Shown: positions 46,101-59,728, counted from the stretch's first letter. The stretch is 64,000 nucleotides of DNA from Protoeuglena noctilucae (GCA_958009085.1 OY253683.1:496001-560000); one strand, 5' to 3'. Notes: a model not told the origin generated them from the sequence alone. Program-made: numbers and translations.

Positions 46101-49089
46101 ATCCATAGCAACCTTCCCTCTTGCAGAGGTCAGGTTCAGGTTACCTCACTACGCTTACAACAACAAACACCCCACGCCTGGTCTCCCTCGCTGCTCTCGC
46201 AGGCCCAGACGCCCTCAGCCTCAATCTGTCGTCCTCCTCGGGCCACGACAGCGGTGGGCGCCCAGGGGAACCCGTCCGGCCCTCTCCAGCGCCGCCCCCC
46301 CGGGCCACCGACAGCGCCGCGAGGCTGGCATCCGAGTCTGGCAGCGCAGTGTTCGACCGTTCGCAGCGAGACGTGGCAAGAGTGAGGCGCTGACGCCACC
46401 TCTAGGCACATGAGGGTGGCAGAACTAGACATGGCACTTTCTGTCGGATGATCGTGCTTTTTGCACCCAAATAGTATCTTGCAAGGGTCCCACCGTCTTC
46501 CCACTCCGGCCCTCCCAGGCGCCCTCTCCCTCCTGGCACTCCCAGTCCTCCATCCCAACGCGCAGCCCACCCCCCCGCCCCGCCCCCGCCCCTGCGTCAC
46601 TCCAAGCGCCCAAGCCAGCGCGGCGCCTGTCCCACTCGGGCAGCGGCACGCAGGCAGCAGAGTCTCCCGGGTCATCCAACGAGTCGTTTGGAGAGGAGAG
46701 GAGTGCCGGGCGCAGGTCTGGGGGCGCGCGGGCGAGGGCCAGGGCGGATGCCGATACTGCAGCGGCGTCCCGAGCAAAGGAGAGGGCGGCTCGGCAGCAG
46801 TTCACGGCAGCACGCGTGTGGAGGGACGACCGCGGGGTTGCCTGCCGCGACGTGGCGGCGCAAGTGGGCGGGGCCCTCGAGCGTGGGACGCAGGTGCGCG
46901 GCAGTGGTGTCATGCAGGTCACGCTGACATCGACAGCCAGTGCAGGGCGCCCTGCCCTCGCCTGCTCGGCATGTTATTGGTCGCTGCCGCAGCACAAAGG
47001 GCCTGCCTGCAAACAAGTGCCACCCTGTTGCCTCTCACCCAGGTGGACTTCGACGAGCGTTACGGTGTCTTGTGGGACGCCTCGCAGTTGCCGCCCTCCC
47101 AGCAGACACTCCTGAAGCCCCCCCTGCGCTTCCTGGCCCACTTGGACCCGAGGGTCACCACGGCGTGGAAGGCTGGTCCGGGACAGCCGCAGAGTATGAT
47201 GAACGCAGCCCCGCCTGCATCGGTGGCCCCTGCCTGGGGCTTCGTGCCAGGCATGCCCGTCTGGGGCACAAGGACGGTCGCGTCAGGCACGCACGAAGGG
47301 GAGCCCCTGGGCCGCGTCCTGGCAGAGTCGGGGCCCTCGGTGGGCTCAGGACACGCCCGGCAGGGGGCGGGGCAAGACGAGGGGGCGGGCGAGGGCAGCG
47401 GGCGGCGGGGCAGCGCGCCCGGCACCCCCCTGGGCTCCTTTCGTCGCCCCCAGCCAGTCCGGAGCAAGTCGATGACCCCGGAGTTCATGGGCGCGGGGCG
47501 CAGCAGGCTGTCGGAAGGGGCGGACCGTGGGCACCGGGGCATGCGACCCCCGACACCGCCGAGGTGAGGAGGGGTCTGTGACAGGCATGCATGTCGCGGG
47601 TGATTGTGCGCTATGCTGGGGCAGTGCAGTCGCGGGGCATGGACTTTGGATTGACCCCTTACATCGCTGCAGGGCCGTGTCAGCCACTGCGGGCGGCGGT
47701 CGGCCAAGCACGCCGGGTGACATGGGCGGGGTGAGCGAGGTGGTGGAGAGCGTGTTGTCGGACGTGAGCGAGGTGATGGAGGAGGGCGAGGAGGGCGCGG
47801 AGGTCGCCATCGTGACGGCTATGGACTCTGGCATCGACATCGAGGAGCACTCCACGCCCCTCTTCCGGTGAGATGGGATAGCGACTGTTGCCATTTATGA
47901 TGATGATGGGTGTCAATGCACTCGCACGAGCACAGGCTGTGATACTGCGAGAGCTGCATAGGATGAAGCCGCGACGCGTAATCGTGCGCATCCTCTTGCT
48001 CGCAGGGGCCCCCGTCGTTTCCAGGCTCAGCCGGCGGTGGCCGTGGAGAGCACCATGGGGAGCTACGCGGAAGAGTCCTTTGAGTCCTTTTCCCAGGCGG
48101 ACAGCCACAGGGCCGCACACGCCTCCGCCGCCCAGAGGGGCCCTGCCCTGCGCAAGGCCGCGTCCCATGGGGCCGTCCAGGCGCCGGCGCCCAGGCAAGC
48201 CCCATCAGAAGCCCAAGCAGAGGCCCAAGCAGATGCCGAAGCCCCGCGAACGCCGCCGGCGCCGGGGCTGGGCGGGTCCGGCCGGAGCCTGTCGAGCGCA
48301 GCGGATGCTTTAGGTGTCGAGGCGGCGATGGAGGGCGCGAGGAGACCCGGGGTCGCCTCGGCGGGGGTGCAGGTCGTGTATGTGCCCGTGCCGTGGCCCG
48401 TGCAGGCAGCGGGGCTGCAGGGGACAACGCAGCCGCCCGGGGGTGGAGTCCCTTGGGCCACGCGGGTCCCGGGAGCATGGGAGGGCGGTGCCGTGTACGG
48501 GAATGCCGACCACGGGTGGGCGCAGGGGGCGTGGCAGGGTGCGGCGCCGGGGTGGGCGGCGGGGCATGCCGCACATGCGCCTGGTGCCGGTGGGCCCACT
48601 GCGTCCCACCCCTGGGTTCCTCACCCGTCAGACCCGGGCGCCGGAGTGCGCCATGTGCCGGAGAACGATGTGCTGGAGGACATGGGGGTCAGGCGCGGGG
48701 CAGGGGCGGAGAGTGTCAAAGGGGGTGCGGGGGCGGGAAGTCATCCGGACTGGGTCATCCGGCGCGGCGTGCAGCGCATTCGGGAGCAGTTGGAGTCTCT
48801 GCGGCGCTGGGAGGCCGGGGGACAGGGCGGGGGCGGCTGCCTGCTGGTCGTTGGTGGTGTGGCGGGGCAAGCGCGTGGCGGGGAGGAAGGCATGGGCGAC
48901 ATGACGAAGGCCACTGACGGGGCCGCAGGGGCGACGGAGGCGGTTGCTGCCGATGCGGGACCAGCGATGCGTGACACGGGCGACGGGGGCAGGGAGTGGG
49001 CGGCGCTGGGCATGGCCAAGGCGCATGCCAGCCTGGAGGAGACGATGCGATTCATTCGGGCCACGCTGCCCTACCCCGAAGTGCGCTGA
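43197..49089 (+). CDS. Large low-complexity uncharacterised protein (possibly two genes); C-terminus weakly resembles DUF4614/C19orf44
   Basis: Series of GT-AG-bounded exons in ORFs 43337, 44355, 45301, 46121, 46461, 47527 and 48037; acidic, Gly/Ser-rich; C-terminal SYAEESFESF...VQRIREQLESL...HASLEETMRFIRATLP. Junctions not all verified. Confidence 0.45.
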
Positions 49090-49217
49090 GTGCGTGGCGA
49101 ACTGAAAGCACGTTCGTTATGCGCTTGCTGGGTCGCCATTGCTGTCATTGAAGTGTGTACAGACGCACGCGTGCGGGAGAGCAGGGTCGGGTAGAGCAGA
49201 GGCCTGGCCAGGCCGCG

Positions 49218-50205
49218 TCAGGCGTGCGCCATGCAGTTCCGTCCGATGACGTACTCGTTGTCCCCCAGCTGGAGGGTACAGCCGGGCGCCAGGTCCGCCG
49301 AGTCGTTCACGTTCAGCTGCGGGCGAGCACCAGCATTGGCTGTGACTATGAGCGACGTCGGTGACCAACGCAACCCAGGCGTGGCGCCGCCTGCAGGGCC
49401 GCGCTCGCCTTGCGGCCGTCGATGAGGATGGGCGCGGATGAGCCCACGTTGGTGATGCGAAGGTGCCCTGGCGTTTGCATCGACCAACGCGGCTCGTCTC
49501 CGGAGAAGCGGACGTGGACGCCCTCCACAGCCCCCGAGAGGTCGCACTCGACCTCGTTCTTGCACACCAGCACCGTGTCGCGCAGGAGCGTGGACGACTC
49601 GCATGGCGTATGCTCGCACTGCGAGCAAGCATGCCATATCACATCGCATCGGACCGAATTGATGGGTTAGCATTCTCTAGCAGCTCACGTGTCGCAGCGC
49701 CTGCTCTCCTCCCGTCACCTTGTCCTCGTTCAGAGACGTGACAAAGAGATCCGCCTCCATGTGCGAGCAGATGCTCAGCGGCTTGGCCTTCTGGTCCGCG
49801 CAACGTGCTGTGGGCTGCAGGCTCCACACCACTGCAGAGCATCGACGGGGAGTCGATGAAGTCGAGGCGTTAAAGAAGAAGCTGACAAGTCCCATGACAG
49901 CCTCGTCAAAAGCTTCAGCGTCGGATGCGCCACACGGAGCAGCAGCAACCCACCGAAGGCGTGCGTGGGCGTGCGCAGGCCAGCGCGATCGCAAGCTGCA
50001 CCGCGCGACGTCAGTGGAGCCGGAACATGCTTGGCGACCAACCGACCCTGCGATACAGCGTGCGACGGTGCGGTGGGAGGGGCTGACGGTCCCTGGAAAT
50101 TTGGTGAGCTATCGAGGCATTGTCACGACCCCACACTCCATCGACGAGCTCGCGAAGAACGTCTTTGACAGCTGAGATGGTCAGATGAAGGGTCACGCGA
50201 GGCAT
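49218..50205 (-). CDS. Small protein with SMAD/FHA-like C-terminal beta domain; 5' end uncertain
   Basis: ..VLVCKNEVECDLSGAVEGVHVRFSG..HLRITNVGSSAPILIDGRK|LNVNDSADLAPGCTLQLGDNEYVIGRNCMAHA* resembles the FHA pattern L.ITDLGS.NGT.IDG.KL....L.PG..I.LG. Last intron 49408-49317 is GC-AG. Confidence 0.55.
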
Positions 50206-50392
50206 CGCGGCGATGGGCCGCTAACTGTCGCCACGCCCGCTCGCCTTGCTGCCAAGAGGCCCTGCCGTGACTTTCAGCATGTCGACGATTAAGTGCTTTT
50301 GCTTCCTGGTTTTGATCAAGATTGCTCTATTGATGGATTTTCTCTGGCCAGGTTTCAAGAGTGCCCGGGACCCTACCCGCTGGAATCACGCG

Positions 50393-51141
50393 TCAGGGCA
50401 GCAGCTCGATGTCAAACTGCAGGGTCGTGTTGGGGGGGATCACGCCGCCAGCCCCGCGCTCCCCGTACGCCAGTCCCGGCGGGATCACCACCTTCCTCTT
50501 GCCGCCAGTCTTCATGGCAGGGATGTCCTGCAGCAGCCAGCAGGCTACCGTGAGTGAGCCGAGGAACGACGTGCGTGGGCACGGATGCCATGCGGCACCC
50601 ACCACTTGCCTCAGAGCCGAGGATCGCCATGTCCCAGCCCTTGATGACGCGGCCCGTGCCCACGGGGAAGGAGAGGGGGCGGCCACGCCCGTAGGACTCG
50701 TCGAACACGCGCCCGTCGAGGAACGTGCCGCGGTAGTGGCACTTGATCGTGGCACCCTGGGGGCGTGGAACCGCGTGAAGATGCTCTCTCAGGCCCAGGG
50801 CCTAGCTGGAGTGGACAAGCTGAGTGGACAAGCTGAAGCTGCGGCGTCCGGCGGCGTCAACGCACCTTCACGGGGGCGTTGCCCTCGCCCACCGTGTAGT
50901 CCCCCCACTGAATGCCAGAGGACGAGGTCGTGAGCTGAGGGTCGGCCCCCATGGCCGACGAGCACACGATGTTGGACAGCGCGATGCCCGACGAGAGGAG
51001 TCCGAGGCGCCGGGAAACGCTTGCCGCGTGGCAGCAGGTCGTAGGAGAGGCGACGATCCGCGACGACCGGGCGCTGGCAGGGGCCTGCTGGCGGCTCCCC
51101 GCGGCGCGGGTGGCCGAGAGACTGAGGGAGACCGCTTGCAT
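50393..51141 (-). CDS. FKBP-type peptidyl-prolyl isomerase, thylakoid-lumen type (FKBP13/FKBP16-like)
   Basis: Bipartite presequence with twin-Arg [118 protein letters not shown]. Confidence 0.94.
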
Positions 51142-51402
51142 GGCGCTGAGGCGATGCCGGGGACGATGGCGGATGTACGTGGATTTTTCAGACGACAAGT
51201 GAGCCGAATCGCATGGGCACTGGGCGAATCAAATGCCGTGGTGGCTGGAGTCAGCGCCAGATGTCTGACTGACTGACGGCGCCAACACCGCCGACCATTC
51301 CCCAGCGATTCGACTCTTCTTGCTCACATTCTCATCGCGGTCCAGGGGAGGTCCAGAAGCCGTCGACTTTTTTGTTTTATCGATCGTCGGCTTTTAGGAA
51401 CG

Positions 51403-52231
51403 ATGGCCGCCCTCTCGTCCTCCGCGTGCGCCTTTGTGCGCTCTGGGCGGCTCGTGCACGTCAGCCGAATCGCCAGGTGAGACTTTTCGATGGGTGGGAG
51501 TGGATTGGACCTGGGCCTACGACGCTCGCGCCGTCCCATCCTGCCCGCGTGACGTGGCGACCTATCCGATGGAGAGGGAGCAGAGGTGGCATCGGCACAG
51601 GGTTTATAGGGCGCGGGGCAGCGGCTGTGACAGCACTCGCACGCCCCCCTTCCCAGGAGCGTCGGCCGGTCGACGCCGCAAATCCGGGCGATGTTCGGGG
51701 GCAAGGACGGCGCAAATCCGTTCGGGGGCGGCTTCATGGAGAAGGTCAAGGAGGCGCAGGTGCACGGAGGCCTCGTTGGTGCGCCGGTGGGTGCAGCCGC
51801 GCCTCTCCGGGATCCCGCGTGACGGCGGCCATCCGACCGCCTCTCGCAGGAAAGGGTGCAGCGGGAGACGGCCCAGGTGCAGGCCGAGCTGGCCGCCACC
51901 GAGTTCGAGGGGTTTGACGACGACGAGACGGTGCGGGTGGTGTTTAACGGCAACCAGGAGCCCCTGGCTGTGGACATCACGCAGGACGCGTACGATGCGG
52001 GGAAGGAGGTGCGGCTGGGGCGGTCTCTGAGGCCCAGGGTATCACATGAGGGGGTCTAAGCGTGCTTGGCTGCGGCGAAGCGTGTTACTCTTGCCCTATC
52101 CAACGCAGGCACTGGAGAAGCGCATCACGGCGGCGATGCGCGAGGCGCACTCCAAGTCCGTGGAGGGGATGAAGGAGAAGATGCGGGGGCTGGCGGCGAA
52201 GCTCGGGCTGCCGGGCGCGCTGCCCTCGTGA
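51403..52231 (+). CDS. YbaB/EbfC-family protein, plastid STIC2-like
   Basis: Transit peptide MAALSSSACAFVRSGR; MFGGKDGANPFGGGFMEKVKEAQ|ERVQRETAQVQAELAATEFEGFDDDETVRVVFNGNQEPLAVDITQDAYDAGKE|ALEKRITAAMREAHSKSVEGMKEKMRGLAAKLGLP. Confidence 0.9.
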
Positions 52232-52251
52232 GCCGCTTGCTGTTCGCGTCG

Positions 52252-54712
52252 TCACCGGGTGGGAGGGCGGGGCATCGCCTTGAAAAACACCGACGTGGCG
52301 AAGCATAGGAGCCCCGCGATGCCGAACGTGAGGTACTGGTAGCCGGGCACGCCCCATGCCATGGCTGCGGGGGCAGAGGACCACGCAGGTGGGGGTTCGC
52401 CGGCCCCGTGCGGCCTGGGGATGCCCAGCGGCGGCCGGTGCGTCGTCCCTCACCGGTGGTCCAAAGCCAGCCCCCGATGATGGGGCCGACTGCGCGGGAC
52501 AGCGACGCGATGGTCATGCCCGCCCCATTGACGGCGCCAATCTGGTCAGGTGGGGAGAACTTGTTGACCAGGAACATGCACCCCGTGAAGGCCGTGACCC
52601 CGCACGCGCACTTGACGGCGTACGCCACGACGAAGCCGGCGTAGGCCAGCGCTCGGCCTGGGAAGCTGCCGGTGGCGGGGATGAGAAGGGCCATTGGGGC
52701 CTGGAGCACCAGGGAGTAGACGACGGACGGCCCGTGCCCGACCTTGGCCACGATGACGGGCGCGACGACCAGCGTGTAAAGGATGAGGACGGCGCCCCCC
52801 ACGCCCAGAGGCACCGAGAAGTCCCGCTCTGTGAGGCCGAGACCGCCACGTGAGGGCTCGGTGGAGGCAAACACGGGCACCAATTCGTCAATCAGGCAGT
52901 ACACGATCGCGACGAGGCCATAGCCGGTGACCGCCATGATACAACCGCGGTCTCGGTACCAGGGCAGGAAGGCCTGCGGCCTAGGAGCCTTGTCCTCCGC
53001 CCAGGGGCCATCGAGGTCCGAATGGCCCTCGTGCCTGCCGCCCGCGAACGATCCCCGGCTCTCCTCGTCCCGCCCGCCGCGCGCCAGCGGCGATGTCGAC
53101 GCCGATGCGCTCCCCGACGCCGGCCGGTAGCCGGGGTCTGAGGGGTCCACCCATCGGTCCCCCATAGACACGCGGCGCTGGGCCGCGGCGGCCGACTGGG
53201 GCGTCAGAGCCACCCCGGAACGCAGCACCTGGGAGCGGACAGGCAGAGACTCGGTGGTCACAGCGGCAATAATGGGCGCGGGAGTCTGTCACACACTGTC
53301 CATTGCGAGCCCTGGCCGCCTCGCCTGCGTCTCTGAGTCGCCATCCACAGCGGCCCCCATCAACTCGTCGGGCTCTTCCAAGACCATCTCCAGCACCTCG
53401 CCCTGCTTGCCGCCTAGCCCCAGGACCGCCGAGGCCGGAAGGGGCCGCATCGTGGCCCCGTCGCGTGCCCCAATCAGCCCCTTCATCTCCACCTCCCCCC
53501 ATTTCCGGTGCCCGGACCCGCCCTCGCCCGCCGCCGCCTGCCGCCTGACCCACGCCTCCCGCTCCCGCCGGGCCTTCGCGCGCCGCCGCTGGATGACCCC
53601 CGGGGCCGTCTCCCGCATCCGCGCCACCAGCATGGCCGTCAGGACGGTGCTCACAGCCACGAGCAGGGCGGGGAGCAGGTACGGGTGGCGGACGAGGAGG
53701 CCTGGGGCGTGAGACGCATCGCCAAGGAGCAGCCGCCGGAGGCCGCTCCCGCCCTGAGGGTCGGGGACCAAGGGCGGCACGACCACAGGGTCACCGCCCT
53801 CGCTGTCGGACGACGTCGCCCCCGCACACAGGGAGAAGGACGAGGAAAGACGGTCGCATGGTCTTGAGAAGGTCCCGGCGATGAGGGGACCGAAGATGCT
53901 GCCGATGCCCCATACGAGGGACATGTAAGCGATGCCCGTGGCCTGCTGCGCCTCGTCCCCCACCTCCCCAATCACCGACTTGACCGAGCCCACTGCGCCG
54001 TTGCAGAGACCTCCCAGGAAACGCGCGAGCACGGCGAGAGGGTAGGAAGGCGCCAGGACCATCAAGCTGCGAGGAGAGTGCGGGGCGAGCGCTTGGCAAT
54101 GGCGTTCAAGTGTGTGCGTGCACTGGGGGCAGCTCTGTGCATGCAGCAGCATCCACTTGCCAGAGGCTGGACACGACGGCGATGGAGCTGCATATGATGA
54201 CGGTCTTGCGACCGATCTGGTCGCTCACGAGGCCCCAACCGTACGACGTGAGAAGCGCTCCAAAGGGCGCCGCGCCGGCGAGGAAGCCGGCCATCTCTCC
54301 CACGCTGGCCTGCGGAGAGAAACGGTATCGGATGCGCCAACCATTCGCGGAGGCGTCTCGAGATCTTTGAGGCGTGTTAAGTCACCTCCGAAGCATCCTT
54401 GGCGAGGAATTGACGCACTACGAAGACGCCGAGGACCTGGGGCGGAGCATTGGACAGCATCCGTGAGCGAGCAACAATAGCAGCAGAGTGCGTCACCCGA
54501 CGCCCGGAGAGCGCCCGCAGAGCGTTGAGAGTCACCAGCGTAATGTTGTACTGGAGAGACAGGTTCGTGTGCGAGGAAAGCACCGCGTACATCTCGAAGG
54601 GTAGGATCACGAAATACTTATTCCGCGGTTTGGCATGCCGGCTCTCGCCGCCGTTGCGAAGGAGAGCCACATCTTCGACGTCCTCCTCTCCCTCGCGCCC
54701 CCGCGTCGCCAT
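52252..54712 (-). CDS. MFS transporter, zinc-induced facilitator-like (ZIFL)
   Basis: WGLVSDQIGRKTV (MFS motif A), ARFLGGLCNGAVGSVKSVIGE, WGIGSIFGPLIAGTFSRP, HPYLLP, GGLGL, GAVNGAGMTIASLSRAVGPIIGG. Intron 54160-54067 is GC-AG. Confidence 0.9.
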
Positions 54713-54919
54713 CCCCCTTCAAAGAAGCGGCCCACAACACCCACACCTTCGGTCCTAGAATGCTAGACGCTGGGCAGAGAGGCCGGGCCAATGTGAGCAC
54801 CACGGAGCTGAAAAAGTGTCAGTGAAACGGACTGTCTGACATATTAAAGCGCAGCTGCCCTGGCCAGTGCTGCAGTGCTACACTTTCCGACGCTATACTG
54901 TCCCAGTCCCTCCTCTGCT

Positions 54920-56725
54920 TCACTCGTAGGCCATGAAACGCTTCTCGTAGCTCTGTCGGCACGTCGGGCACGTGCAGCTACCGCCGCGCGTCTCCTCAAA
55001 CGCCTCAAAGGCCCCAAGGCACTCGGTGTGGAACGCATGGCCGCACGAGAGCCACGCGAGGCTGCGGGGGGAAAGCACGACATGGTGGCCGCGGTTTCGT
55101 GCTGAATCTGCCATGCACATGGCCCGTGCAGCGCATCGCTTGTTGCACTGGCCCGCCATGCCAGCGTGCCCCACCTGCTGCCCCATGGCCCCACGCTCTC
55201 CCTCCGCAGCACGTTCAGGCAGATGGCGCAGTCCCCGTCGAGCGTCCCCCGCGCCACCGACACCTCCAGCACCCGGTCCCAGTCCACCGCCCCAGGGGGA
55301 TCCGCGTTCAGCACGAGTCCTCCCACCCGGGCCGTCGACCGCGGCGTGCCCCCCCTGCGGTCCACCAGCGTCGCCGTGACCACCGGAGAAGCCCCCACCT
55401 CGCGAGACCGGGAAGACCCCTCCCCATCTCTGGCCCCGCCCCTGGCCCCCCTCGCGTCCCTGCCTGGCCCCTCGCTCTGCCCAGACGCTGTCACCCACTC
55501 GTCCCCGACGTGCCCGGCGTACTGCGCCCGCAGCACCGCCCCCAGCTCCTCGTCAAAGGGCATTCCCCGGTTCGCCCGGCGCAGCACCGTCGCCGCCACA
55601 GCTCGGTCCGACACGCGCCGCGCCATCTCCGCAGTCGCGTCTGCCTCGGCCATCAGACGCTCCGCCTCCGCCATCCACCCCGTGTCGCCCTCTCCACCAC
55701 TACCGCCCTCCTCCGCCTGCCCCCGCCCCTCAGCCACGCATGCCGGGGCCCAGGGAACCCCACGCTCGCTCCTGCCCCGCAATGCGCCCCGCGCTCCCGC
55801 TGCAGCTCCCCCGCGGGTGCTCGTCGCCCGCACCGGCATTGACGGGTGCGGCGGAGGCCGGCCGGGGGACCCCCGCGGAGGGAGCCCTTCCGAGCCAGCA
55901 GCCAGGGTGAGGCGGTCGGTGGCGTCTGCGAGGCGCTGGGCGATCCACTTGCGCCGCAAGAGAGGGTGATCCGGGCGGTGAGTGCGGCGCCAGGCGAGGT
56001 ATCGCGCGCGGCAGGCGTGCATGCGCCAGGCGGCCTGGATGACCACGGCGGCGCGCTCCCGGGCGTGGCGCCGGGCGTCGTCGATGGTACGCTCGTCGTA
56101 CCACGGCGTGCGGCACATGGGGCACAGGGCCTCCTCGGCATAGCGCTCGAAGGACCGCAGACACTGTCTGCGTGTGGCACGGCACGGGACAGCCGGTCAG
56201 CAGCTCGGCGGCGCGAGCGAGGCGTGCGACGTGTGCTGCACCAAGCCTCGCCTGTGGAAGGTGTGGGAGCATGGGAGCAGGACCTGCTCCCTCGTGCCCA
56301 GCGAGTCCAGGCACACCGGGCACACACCCTCCGAGTCGCCCCGGCGCCGGGACCGCTCCCGCACCTCCTCCCACTCCCCATCCGTCTGCAAGACAACGGG
56401 CCATCGTGGCTCATTGGCAAAGGTCGAGGCAAGCAGCACATGATAAGCAAGACAAACCATGAAGTGACTTGTTGCATGCAGCGGCACGCACCAGGGGCGG
56501 CGGCGGCCGCTCAACCAGGCCGAAGCGCTGGGCCAGGGTCAGCTGCAGCGACGACCGCGGGCGCCCCGGCTGGCGCTCCGAGGGGCGCTTGCCGCCGAGG
56601 CGGAGCTGACGCGCCCAGTGGTCCTGGAGAGCCGCAGCGCTGACGGACGACTCCCGGGGCACGCCACGGCCACTGCCACCGCCACCGCCTCCGCCGCCCC
56701 GACCGGACCCCCGCCGACCTGACAT
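54920..56725 (-). CDS. RNF32: RING-IQ-RING E3 ubiquitin ligase, RNF32-like
   Basis: LTLAQRFGLVERPPPPL|TDGEWEEV; RING1 CPVC..LLPCSHTFHR|QCLRSFE..CPMCR; IQ motif IQAAWRMHACRARY; RING2 CAIC..LSCGHAFHTECLGAFE..CPTCRQSY*. Confidence 0.9.
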
Positions 56726-56892
56726 CGGGCACTCGTGGAATCACCGACGCGAGGCTTGCTGGGGACGCTGCGGCGGAGGGCGTGCCGGTCCACGTCGCCA
56801 AAGGGAGTCCGGAGCGACCAGCGGGGCAGGCGCGAAAGTGCGCGGCCCGAAACGGCACAGCTTGGCTGGCAGCCAATGCGGGAACTAACTGA

Positions 56893-59458
56893 TCAAGAGC
56901 GTTTGCGCGTGGGGCGGCTGCCCTGGTGCCCCGACCCCAGCAACGCCCCCCAGGCGCGTTTCTGGCGCTGGCTGCGTTCGATCGATGCCAAGATGTGCTC
57001 CTGTTCCCGCACATCGACGCCAGAGAGCTCAAAGGCCCTCTCGGGAACTTCCTTAGGCTCTCTGGCAGCGGAGCCTCCCAAGCGCGCCCCTTGCGCTGAG
57101 GCCGTGGGTGCTAGGGGAGGTGGTGACTCCTCTTTCTCCACCACCTCCACCCCCTCTGCACCGCCCCTCTCCACCTGCGCAGAGCCCGCGCCCCCACTCC
57201 ATCTACTGTCCCCCTCTGCATGGTCCCCTCCCTCCCGTGCCTCAGATGGCCCCTCATCCGAGGCACTGCTGCTCGCCCTGCCCTCCTCCTCTATCAAATC
57301 CTCCTCCCTCAACCACTGCCAATCGTCCCCCCACGTGCCCGACCCCACCCCATCTCCCCACCCGTCGTCCTCCCAGCACCCCACGTCCTGCTCCCTGACG
57401 CCAGCCCCACAGCCACCGCTCCCCTCTGCAGCGCCTGGCGACATACCCGGACCGCCTGCAGAAGACCCCATCGCGACACGGTCTGCTGCTGGGGCGTCAT
57501 GTGGCCCATCGCCCGCTCCACAGGCCCCTGCAGATGGCCTCTCTTTGTCGCCGACACTCGTCTTGACCGGCCCCTCGTTTGCCAACGCAGCTGGCGTATC
57601 CTGGGCCGGGCCCGGTTGCGCACTCGGCCGGGGAGCGCGCGTGAAGAAGAAGTCGAGTTTGCGGGGATCGGCCTCCTTCCCTGCAAGCACCGACAGCTCT
57701 CAGGATAGTGGCAGGCTCAGAAGCAAGCAACGAGTTCATGAATCTCATCGCGGTGCAAAGAGCGCATGCTATTGCTTGCCAAGTCCCTGCAAAGGTCTCA
57801 CCGCTCAGGAAGGGCGTGAAGAGGTCGATGATGCGCTGGGCCTGCCGCTCGTCGCGGGCGTTGACCGTGGGTATTAGCTTGCCGGGCCGGAGCGCCTTCA
57901 CGCAAGCGCAGAGGTCATGCCAGGAGCTGTGCTCAGAGTAAGGGACGCCGTAGACCGACACCTTGCCGCCCGCGCCCACGCTGCGCTGCAGCCCGGATGC
58001 ACGGTACGACCACCCGGTGGGCCGGATGCCGATTGCCGCCGGCCGATCCAGCTGCTTCGCCAGTGCTGCGATGCGGTCCGACCTGCGCCACACACGGGCA
58101 AGGGAGCGGTTCAGTGAACGGTTATGCGAGCAGCGCACGTCAGCGTCGCACCCGCAGGCGGCTTGGTGGCTTAACAACAACCGCATGTGACCTCACCGGA
58201 CATCGCCCATGGGCACCACGTGGATGTGCGCGGCCTCGGGGCGGTCGACGAGCGTCGCCAGCTGCGTGGCCGGGAGCCCCAGCAGGTGCAGGAGCCTGCG
58301 CTTGCTGGGCTTGCAGAAGACCCGCAGACCGAGCGCCTCCGCGACGCCCATGTAGACACGCTCCTTGCCAATGTGGTAGCTACCTACCACCACGAGGGTG
58401 CGGGGCTCCTGGGCCAGGGCGTCACGCACGAGAGAGGTGACGCGCTGGATGCACGTGGCTTGGGGCGGGAACACATACGACGGCTGCGAGGCGGGGGCGG
58501 AAGGTGAGGTTGAGGGACGTGGGTGTTATGAGCTAAGGCGGATCACAGCTGGTGAGCAGGGCCCTCACGTCGGCATAGGTGGTGTCGATCATGAGGACGT
58601 CGAGGGGCTTGCCCGCGAGTGCCGGGTGCTGGGCCATCTCTGGGATCCATCGGAAGTCCCCCGTGTGCAGAATGCGGCGGGTGGTGCCAGCCTTGCCGGG
58701 GACCTCGAACAGGAGCATGACGGCGCCGGGGCAGTGGTTGGCGTCGATGGGCGTCACGCGCACTGGCATCCCCAAATCGTCGACGACCGTGGGTACGTCC
58801 AGCGGCAGCGCACAGACGCGGTCGGCGGGGAGGCCCCGGAACAGGTCTTTCTGCGGGGCGCCGAAGACCGGGCGTGACGCCCAATCTTGACGGGAGAACC
58901 GAGCGAAAGCGGTCAGGGGCGCGAGAAGCGAAGCGCGCACGCACCAGGAGGATGGCCGCGCTGACGGGGCTGCAGTAGATGGTGCCGCTGCGGAACTGGG
59001 CCGTCAGCCCCGTGTAGTGGTCCGAGTGGCAGTGGGTGAGGAAGAAGCGCCGCGATTTCGCGCTGGTGAACCGGAACCCGTCGACTATGAAGCTCGTGCC
59101 GGGCACGAACTTCAAGCTTTCGACTTGGGATGCCATTCTCTCCAGCCAGTGACAACACCGAAAACTCGGGAGGGCCTCCCACCTTCACAGAGGTCCTTCA
59201 CCACACTACGTCTTCCTGGGCCTCGTCCACGACTCCTTGCTCCGGCTGCCCGGCCTGGCGGATCTGCTCGTCATGGACTTGGGCGCTCCGCGTCGTGGAC
59301 GCCAGGTCGGCCCGCCCGGCCTGCTGGCCCGCGTACGAGTCCTGGATGGCCTTCAGCGCTTTCTGATACCGCGTCTCCTTCTTGTGCACCTCCCGCTCGA
59401 CGAGCGCCCGCCCGGCACCGTGGTCGACGCCAAACAGGACCGGGGCCAACAAATCCAT
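56893..59458 (-). CDS. SNM1: DNA cross-link repair nuclease SNM1/PSO2 (DCLRE1A-like, metallo-beta-lactamase/beta-CASP)
   Basis: FIVDGFRF, FLTHCHSDHYTGL, IYCS, DANHCPGAVM, LHTGDFR, IDTTY, GSYHIGKERV, IRPTGW, VPYSEHSS, IPTVN; C-terminal LSGVDVREQEHILASI. Start codon uncertain (59458 or 59633). Confidence 0.93.
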
Positions 59459-59728
59459 CCCCGCAACGGATTCTTAGCGTCTCCACCGGCTGCAAGGTCA
59501 GGCACGCTGCTAGATGATGCGTCGTTTGCGACGAGCTCGCTCGATTTTGGGTCGGACCCGTGGTCTGGCGATGCAACCGCCAGGCCTGCGCAGGAGGGAG
59601 CCGCCGCCGCGAATGCTCGTCCCCCTCAGACATTCACGATGGAGACGCGCTGACGGGCTGAGGCGGCAGTCATCATCGCAATCAAAGGCAAACACTAAAA
59701 AGTAATTTCTGCATAGGATTGGGGTGCG

